Assembly: GCA_903825645.1 (NCBI GenBank)
Contig: CAIKBL010000027.1
Coordinates: 35,036-99,035, forward strand
Direction of reading: 5' to 3'
DNA length: 64,000 bases
Source: an uncultured Pseudomonadota bacterium
GTDB taxonomy: Bacteria > Pseudomonadota > Gammaproteobacteria > Ga0077536
Numbering within the stretch: the stretch's first letter is position 1; the number at the start of each line of letters is the position of its first letter. Both the position numbers and the translations under genes were made by a program. Shown piece by piece: positions 1-9,548 of the stretch. The notes under the pieces are model-generated. The model was not told where the DNA came from. It ran no database searches and saw only the letters and a list, made by a program, of their open reading frames with translations.

Positions 1-290
<290 letters not shown>

Positions 291-330
291 TCAATTTCCT
301 CCCGTAGCGCGGGGATTCCACGCGACTACT

Positions 331-909
331 CTAACGGGTTGCGCCTGCCTGCAGCAGGCAGTAGCGCGCCTGCATACTCTCTCCAGCGCGCATCATACGC
401 CATCCATCGGGTAGCGTGACGGGTGCGAGCTCATGTTCGGTTTCAAGATAGATGAGGGCCTCGGGGGACAGCCAGCGAGGCGTCAATAGGGGTAACACGG
501 CCGCCACTAAGCCGAGCGAAAAAGGGGGATCCACGAATACGACATCGTAAGGGATCTCCGGCGGCGACCGCAAAAAAAGGCGAACGTCTTTTTCAACCAC
601 CGTGACGCGGGTTTCTGCCGCCAGCATGGCAACTGCCGTACGGAGCTGCGCGACGACGCTTGACGACTGCTCGACCAGCGTCGCTTCGCGGGCTCCCCGG
701 GAAACCGACTCAAAGCCCAGTACGCCACTGCCTGCAAACAAATCCAGACATCGGGTCGCGGCAAGCCTCGGTTGCAACCAGTTGAACAGCGTTTCGCGCG
801 TACGGTCCGTTGTCGGGCGAACCAGGTTACCGCCGGCGATAGGAAGCCAGCGGCGACGCCATTCGCCCGCGATGATTCGAACCTTCCCCGGCGGCAACCG
901 GCTGCTCAC
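331..909 (-). CDS. rsmD: 16S rRNA (guanine966-N2)-methyltransferase RsmD
   Basis: 192 aa with the SAM-dependent methyltransferase motifs LDLFAGSGVLGFE and VFVDPPF. Its position immediately upstream of coaD is conserved. Confidence 0.8.
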   Translation of the reverse strand: MSSRLPPGKVRIIAGEWRRRWLPIAGGNLVRPTTDRTRETLFNWLQPRLAATRCLDLFAGSGVLGFESVSRGAREATLVEQSSSVVAQLRTAVAMLAAETRVTVVEKDVRLFLRSPPEIPYDVVFVDPPFSLGLVAAVLPLLTPRWLSPEALIYLETEHELAPVTLPDGWRMMRAGESMQARYCLLQAGATR

Positions 910-2243
910 GGCGACGAGAGACTGCGGCCGACTGTGATTTTTGCCATCCGCGACATTTGAATCCGGCGCTGAAAGGCCTCTCGAACCTGCGTCCGGGTCA
1001 CTTTCTCCACCGCGCGGGTGTAGGTGTCTAGGTAATCCGGCGGCAGATGGTAAAAACCAATCACTGTCAAATATTCCAGTAGTTTGCCATTGCTTTCGAT
1101 GCGCAAAGGGAAACCACCCATGAGGTTTCGCTTCGCCGCTTCCAGTGCAGCCTCCGTGGGACCGTCGGAAAGGAAACGGGAGAGGATGGTTTCGAGGACC
1201 TTCCGAGCTTCCGTTTCTTGATGAAAGTCCGTCTGCAAAGACACCACAAAAGGCCCCGCGGCTGCCATGGGCTCAAAGTAACTGTCGACGGAATAAGATA
1301 GCCCGCGTTTCTCGCGGATTTCGTCAAACAACAACGAGACCGCGCCGTTACCCCCGAGGACGTGATTGCCCACGACGAGCGGAAAGTAATCCGGATCGAG
1401 CCGCGAAATGCCTAGCTGCGCATAAATCACATGGCTCTGCTCGCCCGGAAAGTCCACGCGTCGAAACACCCCTTCGGTCAGGACCGGCACCGCAGGAAGG
1501 GCTGGTGCGGGAACGCCATGGGGTAATCCACCGACCAGGCTTTCAGCCATTTGCACCGCCGCCTGATGGGTAAGGGCCCCGACCATGACAACCAACGCGT
1601 TCTCACTCACGTAATAACGTTGATGGAACGCCGCCACCATGGGTGGTGCTAACGCCGTTACCGAGGCCTCCGTCCCGTTTTCGGGCATCGCGTAGGGGTG
1701 GTGCCCATAGAGTGCCTGATGCATCGCCCGCATCGCCAATGCACGGGGAGATCCCTGCTCTTGACGTAAACCGGCCAGCATTTGCTTGCGCACGCGGGAG
1801 AAATCGCCGGTCGCGAAACGGGGCTTGAGCAACGCGGCCCGCATCAGTGCCGTCGCGGGTGCTGCCAACTCGGGAGCGGTCAGGCATTGCAGGCCCAGCC
1901 ACGCCATATCACGCGTCACCCCCGCGCCCATGTCCGCTCCGGTGTCCTCGAGACGGGCGTGAAACTCATCCGCGCTCAGCCTGTCCGTCCCCTCATCGAG
2001 CAGGGCGTTGGTGAGTATCGAAATCCCCGGGGTAGACTCATCTGCGGCGCTACCGGCGGCAAACACAACGCGCAGTTTTACCATGGGAATTTCAGGCGCC
2101 GCGACGAATAAGACCTGGATCCCATTACTCGTCGTCCACCGCTCGATCACCGGGGAGGCCTGGCAGGGCAGACTCAACACGAGCGTGCACCAGAGCAATA
2201 GCGGGTAACGCGACCGGACGGTGCGTCCATGGCGATTATTCAT
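906..2243 (-). CDS. M16 (pitrilysin/insulinase) family zinc peptidase, likely the non-catalytic partner subunit
   Basis: 445 aa with a signal peptide and M16 C-terminal domain features. It has no HxxEH motif and overlaps the upstream M16 gene by 8 nt, the typical paired arrangement. Confidence 0.7.
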   Translation of the reverse strand: MNNRHGRTVRSRYPLLLWCTLVLSLPCQASPVIERWTTSNGIQVLFVAAPEIPMVKLRVVFAAGSAADESTPGISILTNALLDEGTDRLSADEFHARLEDTGADMGAGVTRDMAWLGLQCLTAPELAAPATALMRAALLKPRFATGDFSRVRKQMLAGLRQEQGSPRALAMRAMHQALYGHHPYAMPENGTEASVTALAPPMVAAFHQRYYVSENALVVMVGALTHQAAVQMAESLVGGLPHGVPAPALPAVPVLTEGVFRRVDFPGEQSHVIYAQLGISRLDPDYFPLVVGNHVLGGNGAVSLLFDEIREKRGLSYSVDSYFEPMAAAGPFVVSLQTDFHQETEARKVLETILSRFLSDGPTEAALEAAKRNLMGGFPLRIESNGKLLEYLTVIGFYHLPPDYLDTYTRAVEKVTRTQVREAFQRRIQMSRMAKITVGRSLSSP

Positions 2244-3600
2244 GCGCCTTCCCCGGGGTAAGGTAGGCGATAGTCGCGCTGTCGTCCTTAAAATATTTGC
2301 GGGCTACGGCCTGAACCTGGGCCGAGGTCACCGCCTGAATATTAGCCACATACTGTTCCTCTAAATGCCAGTCGAGCCCTATCACCGCCAATCCTCCAAT
2401 CCGCATCGCTTGACCAAACAGCGAGTCCTGCTGATAAACCGCATCTGCCACTACCCCCGTTTTAATGCGCGCTAATTCCTTGGCCGTCGGTGGCGTATTC
2501 TGAACGGCCTCGAGCTGCGCCTTGAGGGCGGCCTCGAGCTGCTCGAGACTGATCCCTTCGCGAGGCTCACCCTCAAGCGTGAACAGATCGGGCAGCCGCG
2601 CCGCGCCCGTATAGGTCGCGTTCGCCCCAAGTGCTATTTCTTGACCGCGGACAAGCTCGCGCTCAAATCGCGCACTCGCGCCCCCGTCTAGGGTCGCCGC
2701 GAGGACGTAAAGCGCGTAGATCTCCCACGCAGCTACCGGCGGATCTGCTTTGCCGACTTGCGTCAGACCGGGCACTTTGTAGTTCATCACAAGGCGCGGC
2801 AAGCGCAATTTCGGGCTCGTGATCGTGAGCCTTTTGAGACCACTTTGAACCACTTCCGGGCGCGTCTTGAGCACCACCGGCTTATGAGCGGGCATTGCCC
2901 CGAAATGCGTTTGCGCCATTTCTTTGATGGCCGCAACGGTCACATCCCCGACCACCACCAGAATGGCGTTATTGGGTGCGTAGTAACGTTTATACCATCG
3001 GCGCAATTCGGTCAGTTTCATCTGCGCAATATCAGCGGACCATCCGATAACCGGTTGGCGATAGGGACTGGTCTGCCACGTATGTGCCTGAATAGCCTCC
3101 ATCGCCATCGCTTGCGCGTTATCCTCGGTGCGCAAACGACGCTCCTCGCGAATGACTTTGATCTCGTTGGCGAACTCGACGGGGTCGAGTTCGAGTGATT
3201 GCATCCGTTCGGCTTCCAGTGCGAGCGCTTGATCCACATCGCCCGCCGCTCGCTCCTCGTAGTAGGTCGTGTAGTCGGCCGTCGTAAAGGCGTTTTCCTG
3301 TCCCCCACTCGCGGCGATACGTTTAGAGTATTCGCCCGTCACAAGGTGTCGAGTCCGTTTAAACATCATGTGCTCAAGGGCATGAGAAACGCCCGTGGCG
3401 CCATCAAGTTCGTAACTACCACCGACCTTGTACCAGACCTGCACCACGACAACCGGCGCGCGATGGTCGACCTGAACGATGACCCGCAGGCCGTTGTGCA
3501 GTGAGAACTCCTCGGCGCGGGAATGGACCACGAGAGACTCTGTCCCCGAGGCGGTGGCGGCTGACAGCAACAGGCCAAGCCAGAGTAGGTGTTTGAACAT
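2236..3600 (-). CDS. M16 family zinc peptidase, catalytic subunit
   Basis: Contains the inverted zinc-binding motif HALEH (HxxEH). The signal peptide MFKHLLWLGLLLSAATA begins at the internal Met, so the start is placed at 3600 rather than the ORF-track 3690. Confidence 0.8.
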   Translation of the reverse strand: MFKHLLWLGLLLSAATASGTESLVVHSRAEEFSLHNGLRVIVQVDHRAPVVVVQVWYKVGGSYELDGATGVSHALEHMMFKRTRHLVTGEYSKRIAASGGQENAFTTADYTTYYEERAAGDVDQALALEAERMQSLELDPVEFANEIKVIREERRLRTEDNAQAMAMEAIQAHTWQTSPYRQPVIGWSADIAQMKLTELRRWYKRYYAPNNAILVVVGDVTVAAIKEMAQTHFGAMPAHKPVVLKTRPEVVQSGLKRLTITSPKLRLPRLVMNYKVPGLTQVGKADPPVAAWEIYALYVLAATLDGGASARFERELVRGQEIALGANATYTGAARLPDLFTLEGEPREGISLEQLEAALKAQLEAVQNTPPTAKELARIKTGVVADAVYQQDSLFGQAMRIGGLAVIGLDWHLEEQYVANIQAVTSAQVQAVARKYFKDDSATIAYLTPGKAHE

Positions 3601-3745
3601 GGCAGATCTCCGCAATGAGTCACGTACCCGGTCAAAAAACAGGTTTATATCGCGCTCGAGGTCGATTATTTTCAGGTAGCGCTCTAGCATACCGCATCAT
3701 CTCGACCGGTAGATGGCATCCCCAACATCAGCGTAACAACCCTTT

Positions 3746-4654
3746 ATGTTCAAACGACTCAAAGAGGGCATTGCCCGTACCCGCGACGGCCTCCTCAACC
3801 GTATCAGTCGGTTGTTCGGACGGCGTGAGCCTATTGATGCAGCGTCACTCGAAACGCTCGAAAATGCCTTGTTGCTGGCAGATACGGGGGTTCAGACCAC
3901 CGGAATCATCATGCGCGCCGTCAAACAACGTGCACGAGGGGATGTTCCGCTGCTGGAGATCTTGCGCGCCGAGATGGTCGCAGCGCTGACACCCTCAGCC
4001 AAACCACTCGTCATTCCTGCCGATCAGCAAGGGCCGTTCGTCTTGCTGGTGGTCGGGGTGAATGGAGTCGGCAAAACCACCACCATCGCCAAGATCGGTC
4101 GACACCTACAAAGTGCAGGCCTCCAAGTCATGTTCGCGGCGGGAGATACCTTCCGGGCCGCCGCTGTCGAACAGCTCAAGACGTGGGGCGAGCGGCTGAA
4201 AATCCCGGTGATCGCGCAGGGGCCAGGGGCAGATCCCGCGTCGGTTATTTTCGACGCTTACAGCGCGGCGACTGCACGAGGGGTGCAGGTTCTCATTGCG
4301 GACACGGCCGGTCGTTTGCACACCCAAAGCGGATTAATGGCGGAGCTCGGCAAAATACGCCGCGTGCTGGGCAAACAAAACGCCGCGGCACCGCACGAAA
4401 CCTTATTGGTGTTGGACGCCACGATGGGCCAAAACGCCCTGCAGCAAGCACAAGCTTTCCACCAAGCGGTAGCCCTTGATTCGATTGTGCTGACCAAACT
4501 GGACGGTACCGCCAAGGGGGGGATCGTGTTTGCCTTGGCAAGCGCGCTGGGTTTGCCGCTACGCTTCATTGGTGTCGGTGAGCAACTCGACGACTTGCAG
4601 GTTTTCAACGCCGAGCAATTTGTGGCCGCCCTGCTCGGCAGTGAGGCATCCTGA
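3746..4654 (+). CDS. ftsY: Signal recognition particle receptor FtsY, short NG-domain-only form
   Basis: 302 aa with the SRP GTPase P-loop GVNGVGKTTTIAKIG, the DTAGR motif and TKLDGTAKGG. There is no acidic A-domain. Confidence 0.9.
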   Translation: MFKRLKEGIARTRDGLLNRISRLFGRREPIDAASLETLENALLLADTGVQTTGIIMRAVKQRARGDVPLLEILRAEMVAALTPSAKPLVIPADQQGPFVLLVVGVNGVGKTTTIAKIGRHLQSAGLQVMFAAGDTFRAAAVEQLKTWGERLKIPVIAQGPGADPASVIFDAYSAATARGVQVLIADTAGRLHTQSGLMAELGKIRRVLGKQNAAAPHETLLVLDATMGQNALQQAQAFHQAVALDSIVLTKLDGTAKGGIVFALASALGLPLRFIGVGEQLDDLQVFNAEQFVAALLGSEAS

Positions 4655-5113
4655 ACGGTCAAGCCAACCCGCCGCCGTGAGCCAACTGACGGCATCTTGG
4701 GCGTCTTCCCGAAACCACGCGGCGGCCGTGCCCAGACGGAAGCTATAACCCCAGGCATCCATGTCCGCAAACATCGCTTCCCTGCCAAACCCGGGCAGCC
4801 GCTCGGCCAGCAGCACCGAGAGGTAACACACCGCGCATTCTTCAAGGTCGTCACCACCGGCATCCCGGTCGAGACGTTCGCGCCGCGTCGCATCCATACA
4901 CAGGAAATGGCACGCCTCGTGAAGGGCCGAGTTCAAGGGCGTTTCGGGACAGACATACAGTCGGTTACCAAGCAGACCTGCTTCCGGCTCACCCCAGTAG
5001 CTGCCGGGGATTGGACTCCCCGCAGGAAGATGGATGATCTGCAGTTGATAGTCGAGAAAGAGGGCTGACAGGGCACGCGCGACCACCGCGTGTGCGAGAC
5101 CCACCAGCGTCAT
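4559..5113 (-). CDS. Hypothetical protein with an HExxH (HEACH) metallopeptidase-like motif
   Basis: 184-aa ORF preceded by a GGAG RBS about 6 nt upstream of the ATG. It contains LHEACHFLCMD. Its C-terminal approximately 32 codons overlap the ftsY 3' end in convergent orientation. It sits in the slot where ftsE-ftsX are normally found. Confidence 0.4.
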   Translation of the reverse strand: MTLVGLAHAVVARALSALFLDYQLQIIHLPAGSPIPGSYWGEPEAGLLGNRLYVCPETPLNSALHEACHFLCMDATRRERLDRDAGGDDLEECAVCYLSVLLAERLPGFGREAMFADMDAWGYSFRLGTAAAWFREDAQDAVSWLTAAGWLDRSGCLTAEQGGHKLLGVENLQVVELLTDTNEA

Positions 5114-5255
5114 GGACGATCTCCGGCAACACAGGTCTGGAGTTGCCCGTAGGTCGCCTTGATCTCGCTCAAGCGGCGACGGTTCCCTTCGTGCGAACCT
5201 GCAAATCCGTCGCGTCGATTTGCAAAAAAAACAGCGACCGGATGTTTTTTTTGTC

Positions 5256-5282
5256 TTAGCACTCGAGATAGACGAGTGCTAA
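5256..5282. promoter_or_regulatory. Perfect 10-bp inverted repeat TTAGCACTCG-N7-CGAGTGCTAA, 37 nt upstream of the rpoH ATG
   Basis: Read directly from the sequence. It is not followed by a T-run on either strand, so it is an operator or 5'-UTR stem-loop rather than an intrinsic terminator. Confidence 0.4.
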
Positions 5283-5318
5283 TATTGGCACCATCAGGTT
5301 TACGGGGGTTTAGACACC

Positions 5319-6182
5319 ATGACTGCAACGTTAAATAATCTGCTTGTTCCGGTGGGTTCATTAGAGTCCTACATCGCCTCCGTCAATCGGGTGCCGATGC
5401 TGAGCGAAGGTGAGGAGCGCGCGCTGGCAGAACGTTATCAAAATGAAAACGATCTGGACGCCGCGCGCCAGCTTGTCCTGTCCCACTTGCGCTTTGTGGT
5501 CCGGGTCGCTCGCGGCTATAGCGGTTACGGTCTGGCACAGAACGACTTGGTACAAGAGGGCAATATTGGCCTCATGAAAGCCGTTAAACGTTTCAACCCG
5601 ACACTCGGGGTGAGATTGGTTTCCTTCGCGGTGCACTGGGTCCGCGCGGAGATCCACGAATTTATTCTGCGCAACTGGCGGATCGTCAAAGTCGCCACGA
5701 CTAAATCGCAACGCAAATTGTTCTTCAATCTGCGAAGCGCCAAACAGCGGCTGGGGTGGATGAATGCACAGGAGGTCGCCGCCATTGCCAAGGATCTGGG
5801 CGTCGAAACCCGTGATGTCCTGCTGATGGAAGAGCGGCTGAACGCGCACGATCAGTCCTTCGATCCGACGGTCGAAGACGGGGAAGAAGATTTTTCGCCC
5901 GCCGCTTATCTCACCGATTCCCGATTCGAACCGACGCGCCAACTTGAAATCCTTGAAACGGCGCAGCAAGAACGTACCGATCTCGTCGGCGCGCTGGCTA
6001 AACTTGATGCCCGCAGCCGCGACATCGTGGCCAGCCGATGGCTCGTCGAACCCAAGTCAACTTTGCAGGAACTAGCCGAAAAATACAAAGTGTCCGCCGA
6101 GCGGATCCGCCAGCTGGAGGCCAATGCTATGGCCAACATGCGCAAAAAGCTGGGTGTCAATCTGCTCGTCGCTGCTGATTAA
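5319..6182 (+). CDS. rpoH: RNA polymerase sigma-32 factor RpoH
   Basis: 287 aa carrying the RpoH box QRKLFFNLR together with sigma-70 regions 2 and 4. Confidence 0.9.
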   Translation: MTATLNNLLVPVGSLESYIASVNRVPMLSEGEERALAERYQNENDLDAARQLVLSHLRFVVRVARGYSGYGLAQNDLVQEGNIGLMKAVKRFNPTLGVRLVSFAVHWVRAEIHEFILRNWRIVKVATTKSQRKLFFNLRSAKQRLGWMNAQEVAAIAKDLGVETRDVLLMEERLNAHDQSFDPTVEDGEEDFSPAAYLTDSRFEPTRQLEILETAQQERTDLVGALAKLDARSRDIVASRWLVEPKSTLQELAEKYKVSAERIRQLEANAMANMRKKLGVNLLVAAD

Positions 6183-6265
6183 CGCGCTCTCCCGGCTGGC
6201 CGCCGTTACTCGCGACCAGCTGGGGTGCTGGGGTAGACGACCAATATCGTACGCCCGCTCATCCC

Positions 6266-7186
6266 TCACGTGAGGGCCGCACGCATCAGCAGCCAGTAGT
6301 GGTCGACGAACAAGACCACAAACAGCGCTGTCAGGTAGACAATGGAATATTTGAACGTCGCATAGGCGAGTTCATCCCGCGTATCAAACTGCATCCGAAT
6401 AGCGTAATACAAGGCCCCCACGTTGAGGCATACAGCGCCAACAAGGTAGGGGATCCCACACATGTAGGTGGCGAACGGCAAGAGCGTCACAGCCACCAGC
6501 AAAAACGTATACAACAGCACGTGCAACCGCGTGAAGGCCGTGCCGTGTGTGATCGGCAACATCGGGATTTTGGCTTTTGCGTACTCATGACGACGGTAGA
6601 TGGCCAGCGCCCAGAAATGAGGCGGCGTCCAGGCAAAAATAATAAGGAAAAGTAACAGCGCATGCGGGTCGAGGGTCCCGGTAACGGCGGTCCAACCGAG
6701 CACCGGTGGCGCCGCGCCTGCCGCGCCTCCAATGACAATATTGAGCGGCGTCGCGTGCTTCAAATACATCGTGTAAATCACGGCGTATCCAATCAAGGAC
6801 AGAAACGTCAGCACCGCCGTTAACACATTGATAAACGTAATCAAAAGAAACATCGACAGAAACCCGAGCACCAGCGCGAATACCAACGCTTGTCCCGTCT
6901 GCATCTCGCCTTGCGGCAACGGACGATTTTGCGTCCGCGCCATTAGGGCATCAATACGATGCTCTGCAACATGATTAATAGCCGCGGCAGAAGCGGCCGC
7001 GAGGCCGATACCGAGCGTCGCGACGATCAAGGTTGAAAGGGGCACCAAGCCTGGCGTGGATAATAACATCCCGATGATGGCGGTGAAAATTATGAGTGAA
7101 ACGACCCTGGGCTTGCAAAGCTCAAGATATTCACGCCACTTGGGTGGATTCAGGGGGAGGGAGGGTTGGACTGTGTCATCGATCAT
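6266..7186 (-). CDS. ctaB: Protoheme IX farnesyltransferase (heme O synthase) CtaB/CyoE
   Basis: UbiA-family polytopic membrane protein starting at MIDDTVQ. The ORF-track N-terminal extension to 7576 overlaps ctaA and is rejected. The ATG overlaps the ctaA stop in an ATGA arrangement. Confidence 0.85.
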   Translation of the reverse strand: MIDDTVQPSLPLNPPKWREYLELCKPRVVSLIIFTAIIGMLLSTPGLVPLSTLIVATLGIGLAAASAAAINHVAEHRIDALMARTQNRPLPQGEMQTGQALVFALVLGFLSMFLLITFINVLTAVLTFLSLIGYAVIYTMYLKHATPLNIVIGGAAGAAPPVLGWTAVTGTLDPHALLLFLIIFAWTPPHFWALAIYRRHEYAKAKIPMLPITHGTAFTRLHVLLYTFLLVAVTLLPFATYMCGIPYLVGAVCLNVGALYYAIRMQFDTRDELAYATFKYSIVYLTALFVVLFVDHYWLLMRAALT

Positions 7187-8175
7187 GTGTAGTTGCCCCG
7201 GCCGATTTGAGGACTCGCGTAACGGAACAGAGTCACGAGACTCAACAGCAACAAGGCGGCCGTCCCGTTGTGCATGACTGCAACTGGGAGCGGTAAGCCG
7301 CGAAGCACGTTGGTGATGCCAAGCATGATCTGAAGCGCAAGCGCGGCGATTATACATGAGGCAATTCGGCGGCCGTGGATATCCGAGACACGCCGCGCGT
7401 AAGCGCAAAGTGCAAGAACCACCACCGCCGTCACCCCCGCGCCTAGCCGGTGCACGACATGAATGGCCGTGCGGGCAGGGGTGTCGAGAACGCCAAATTC
7501 GTAATTTATCCCGAGACCCCGCCAAAGGATAAAGGCATTGTGGAAATCTAGCTGTGGCCACCATTGGCCATGGCATTGTGGAAAATCCACACAGGCAAGC
7601 GCCGCATAATTAGCGCTCGTCCACCCACCCAAAAAAATCTGGCCGGCGAGGGTGACTATCGCAATGCCCGCGAAGCGCCGCAGGCCCTGACGGTTTTTCG
7701 CCCGCGGAAAAGCGCGAGAATCCAGAAAATTCCACCACAGGAGGGACAAAACGGTAAAACCACCGAATAAGTGGCCCACCACAATCAAGGGTTTTAGCAA
7801 CAGCGTCACGGTCCACATACCGAGCAGACCCTGAAACATCACCAACGGGACGAGCCACATCGGGATCGCCATCACGCGCTCGTGACGAACGAACCAGGCG
7901 GCAACCGCCAGCAGCAGTATCAGCGTGCCGAGCGAGGAGGCGAGATAGCGATGAATCATTTCACGCCAAGCCTTACCCGTCTCTAAGGGGCGAGCCGACA
8001 GTTGATCGCTTGGGATCTCGCGCGCCGCCGCCGGCACCAGCAAACGCCCGTAGCAGCCCGGCCAATCGGGACATCCTAGGCCCGCGTCGCTCAGCCGCAC
8101 ATAGGCGCCCTTGACGATGACGATAAGCGCCAACACCGGCAGAATGGCGGACAATAAAAAATAGAGTTTTCGCAT
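7183..8175 (-). CDS. ctaA: Heme A synthase CtaA/COX15
   Basis: 330 aa with multiple transmembrane helices and the conserved Cys pair (GCPDWPGC) and His residues of the COX15/CtaA family. Its position in the cox cluster is as expected. Confidence 0.8.
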   Translation of the reverse strand: MRKLYFLLSAILPVLALIVIVKGAYVRLSDAGLGCPDWPGCYGRLLVPAAAREIPSDQLSARPLETGKAWREMIHRYLASSLGTLILLLAVAAWFVRHERVMAIPMWLVPLVMFQGLLGMWTVTLLLKPLIVVGHLFGGFTVLSLLWWNFLDSRAFPRAKNRQGLRRFAGIAIVTLAGQIFLGGWTSANYAALACVDFPQCHGQWWPQLDFHNAFILWRGLGINYEFGVLDTPARTAIHVVHRLGAGVTAVVVLALCAYARRVSDIHGRRIASCIIAALALQIMLGITNVLRGLPLPVAVMHNGTAALLLLSLVTLFRYASPQIGRGNYT

Positions 8176-8178
8176 CGG

Positions 8179-8730
8179 TTAGCGGATCGCAGAGGCGCGC
8201 AATAGCCGTTTTAGATCTTTGTGAATGGCGCCCAGCGGGCCGTTCCGGTCATAGCGCATCATGAGTTGATGGCGCCAGTCTACCAGCACGATCGACGCAC
8301 GGCCCTCCAGTTTTTCCATTAAAAGCTTCGTTGCTTGTGGATCGACCTGGACTCGGTTCGCATGAATCGAGACGAGGTTAGCGCCGGCCACGATCGCGCG
8401 GACCGAGACACGCTCACTGCCTTCGCCCAGCAACTCGCGAACCATCAACATATCGTTAAGGAGTTTGCCACAACCTTCCGCGCATGGCGCGTTTTCAACC
8501 AGCACAATAGCCCATTCACTCGGCTGCAATTTGAACAGCGGAGCGATGCCCGGCAGTCCCGAATAAGGGCTCAGATCAACAGGGGGCATCAGTAGTTCAC
8601 CGTGGTTGCTGAGCGTCTGGCTGTGCCAACCCAGCCGACCAGAGGCCAGCAGCCAAGCCAGTACGATGGGCCCCACAAAGAGGACCAGAATGAACAGAAT
8701 GGTCAGCCGGTTGCGCGTTTTGGAAGACAT
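8179..8730 (-). CDS. SCO1/SenC-like thioredoxin-fold membrane protein (divergent, CAEGC motif)
   Basis: N-terminal transmembrane helix followed by a thioredoxin-like pattern: WAIVLVENAPCAEGCG, LGEGSERVSVRAIVAG, ASIVLVDWRHQLMMRY. It occupies the PA0111-equivalent slot between surf1 and ctaA. The start is taken at the internal Met MSSKT. Confidence 0.45.
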   Translation of the reverse strand: MSSKTRNRLTILFILVLFVGPIVLAWLLASGRLGWHSQTLSNHGELLMPPVDLSPYSGLPGIAPLFKLQPSEWAIVLVENAPCAEGCGKLLNDMLMVRELLGEGSERVSVRAIVAGANLVSIHANRVQVDPQATKLLMEKLEGRASIVLVDWRHQLMMRYDRNGPLGAIHKDLKRLLRASAIR

Positions 8731-8741
8731 ATCGGTTGGTT

Positions 8742-9467
8742 TCAAAGTGCGCGGCGCACGTTTATTTTGATGTAGAGGAGCAGCAACACAGCCGACATGA
8801 CGAACCATTGAACTGCGTAGGCCTGATGTCTGCTCATCTCCCCGGCGGGGACCGGCCAGTGGCGATCGTAGGCACTTGCCGCATCCGGATTTAAGTAAAG
8901 CAGCGTCGCGGGCACGCCAAACCCCAGCGCCTTCGAAAAAATCTCAGGCTCGGCGCGCTGCGCCCGAAAAACGGTGGCGGATAAGCGTTCAACGGCGTCA
9001 CTTTGGCCGAGCCGGATGCCTGAAACCGGCGGGTTGCCCAAACGCCCTTGCAGCGTCACCTGCTCAGACGAGAGCCTGATTTCGGGTATCCGGGAACGAT
9101 CGGCGCCCATCGCAATCCAGCCGCGCGCAACCATCAGATGGCGCCCACCGGCCACTTCGAACGGCGAGAGGATTTCATACCCGGCCTGGCCTTCCCGAAA
9201 TCGATTATCCAGCAGAAAAGTCGGTTGCAGATAATGACCTGTCGCGGTGATCGCCCGTCCCGATTGCAACCCCGCCGTCAGTGCCCCGCCATCCCACGTC
9301 GCCGCAGGCGCCGCGCGATTCAGTTGGTACCGTTCGAAAAGCGCGCGTTTCTGCTGCGCCCGATCGAGCTGCCAGAGCCCGAGACTAATCAGCGCCGGAA
9401 AAAGTAGAATGGTGACACAGGAGGAAGCGAGTCCTGGCCTGAAACGCCAACGCGCCGCCGCGGTCAT
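8742..9467 (-). CDS. surf1: SURF1 family cytochrome oxidase assembly protein
   Basis: N-terminal transmembrane helix with the SURF1 hallmark LGLWQLDR and a second transmembrane helix at the C-terminus. The start is taken at the internal Met MTAAARW. Confidence 0.7.
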   Translation of the reverse strand: MTAAARWRFRPGLASSCVTILLFPALISLGLWQLDRAQQKRALFERYQLNRAAPAATWDGGALTAGLQSGRAITATGHYLQPTFLLDNRFREGQAGYEILSPFEVAGGRHLMVARGWIAMGADRSRIPEIRLSSEQVTLQGRLGNPPVSGIRLGQSDAVERLSATVFRAQRAEPEIFSKALGFGVPATLLYLNPDAASAYDRHWPVPAGEMSRHQAYAVQWFVMSAVLLLLYIKINVRRAL

Positions 9468-9548
9468 TCGCGGAACCTCCCTCTTACTTGGCACACGCAC
9501 GGCGTGACGGTCGGCGCGATCCACCGGCATTTCGCGAAAGAGGTTCTA

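Noticed and set aside
5283-5300. TGGCAC...GGTTT motif upstream of rpoH resembling a sigma-54 -24/-12 element
   Set aside because: The spacing and the -12 GC dinucleotide do not fit TGGCACG-N4-TTGCW. It is probably fortuitous.
5361-5969. 202-aa minus-strand ORF inside rpoH
   Set aside because: It is antisense to sigma-32, which has unambiguous homology.
6266-7576. ORF-track 436-aa version of ctaB
   Set aside because: The first roughly 130 codons have no homology and overlap ctaA. The real CtaB begins at MIDDTVQ (7186) with an ATGA overlap to the ctaA stop.
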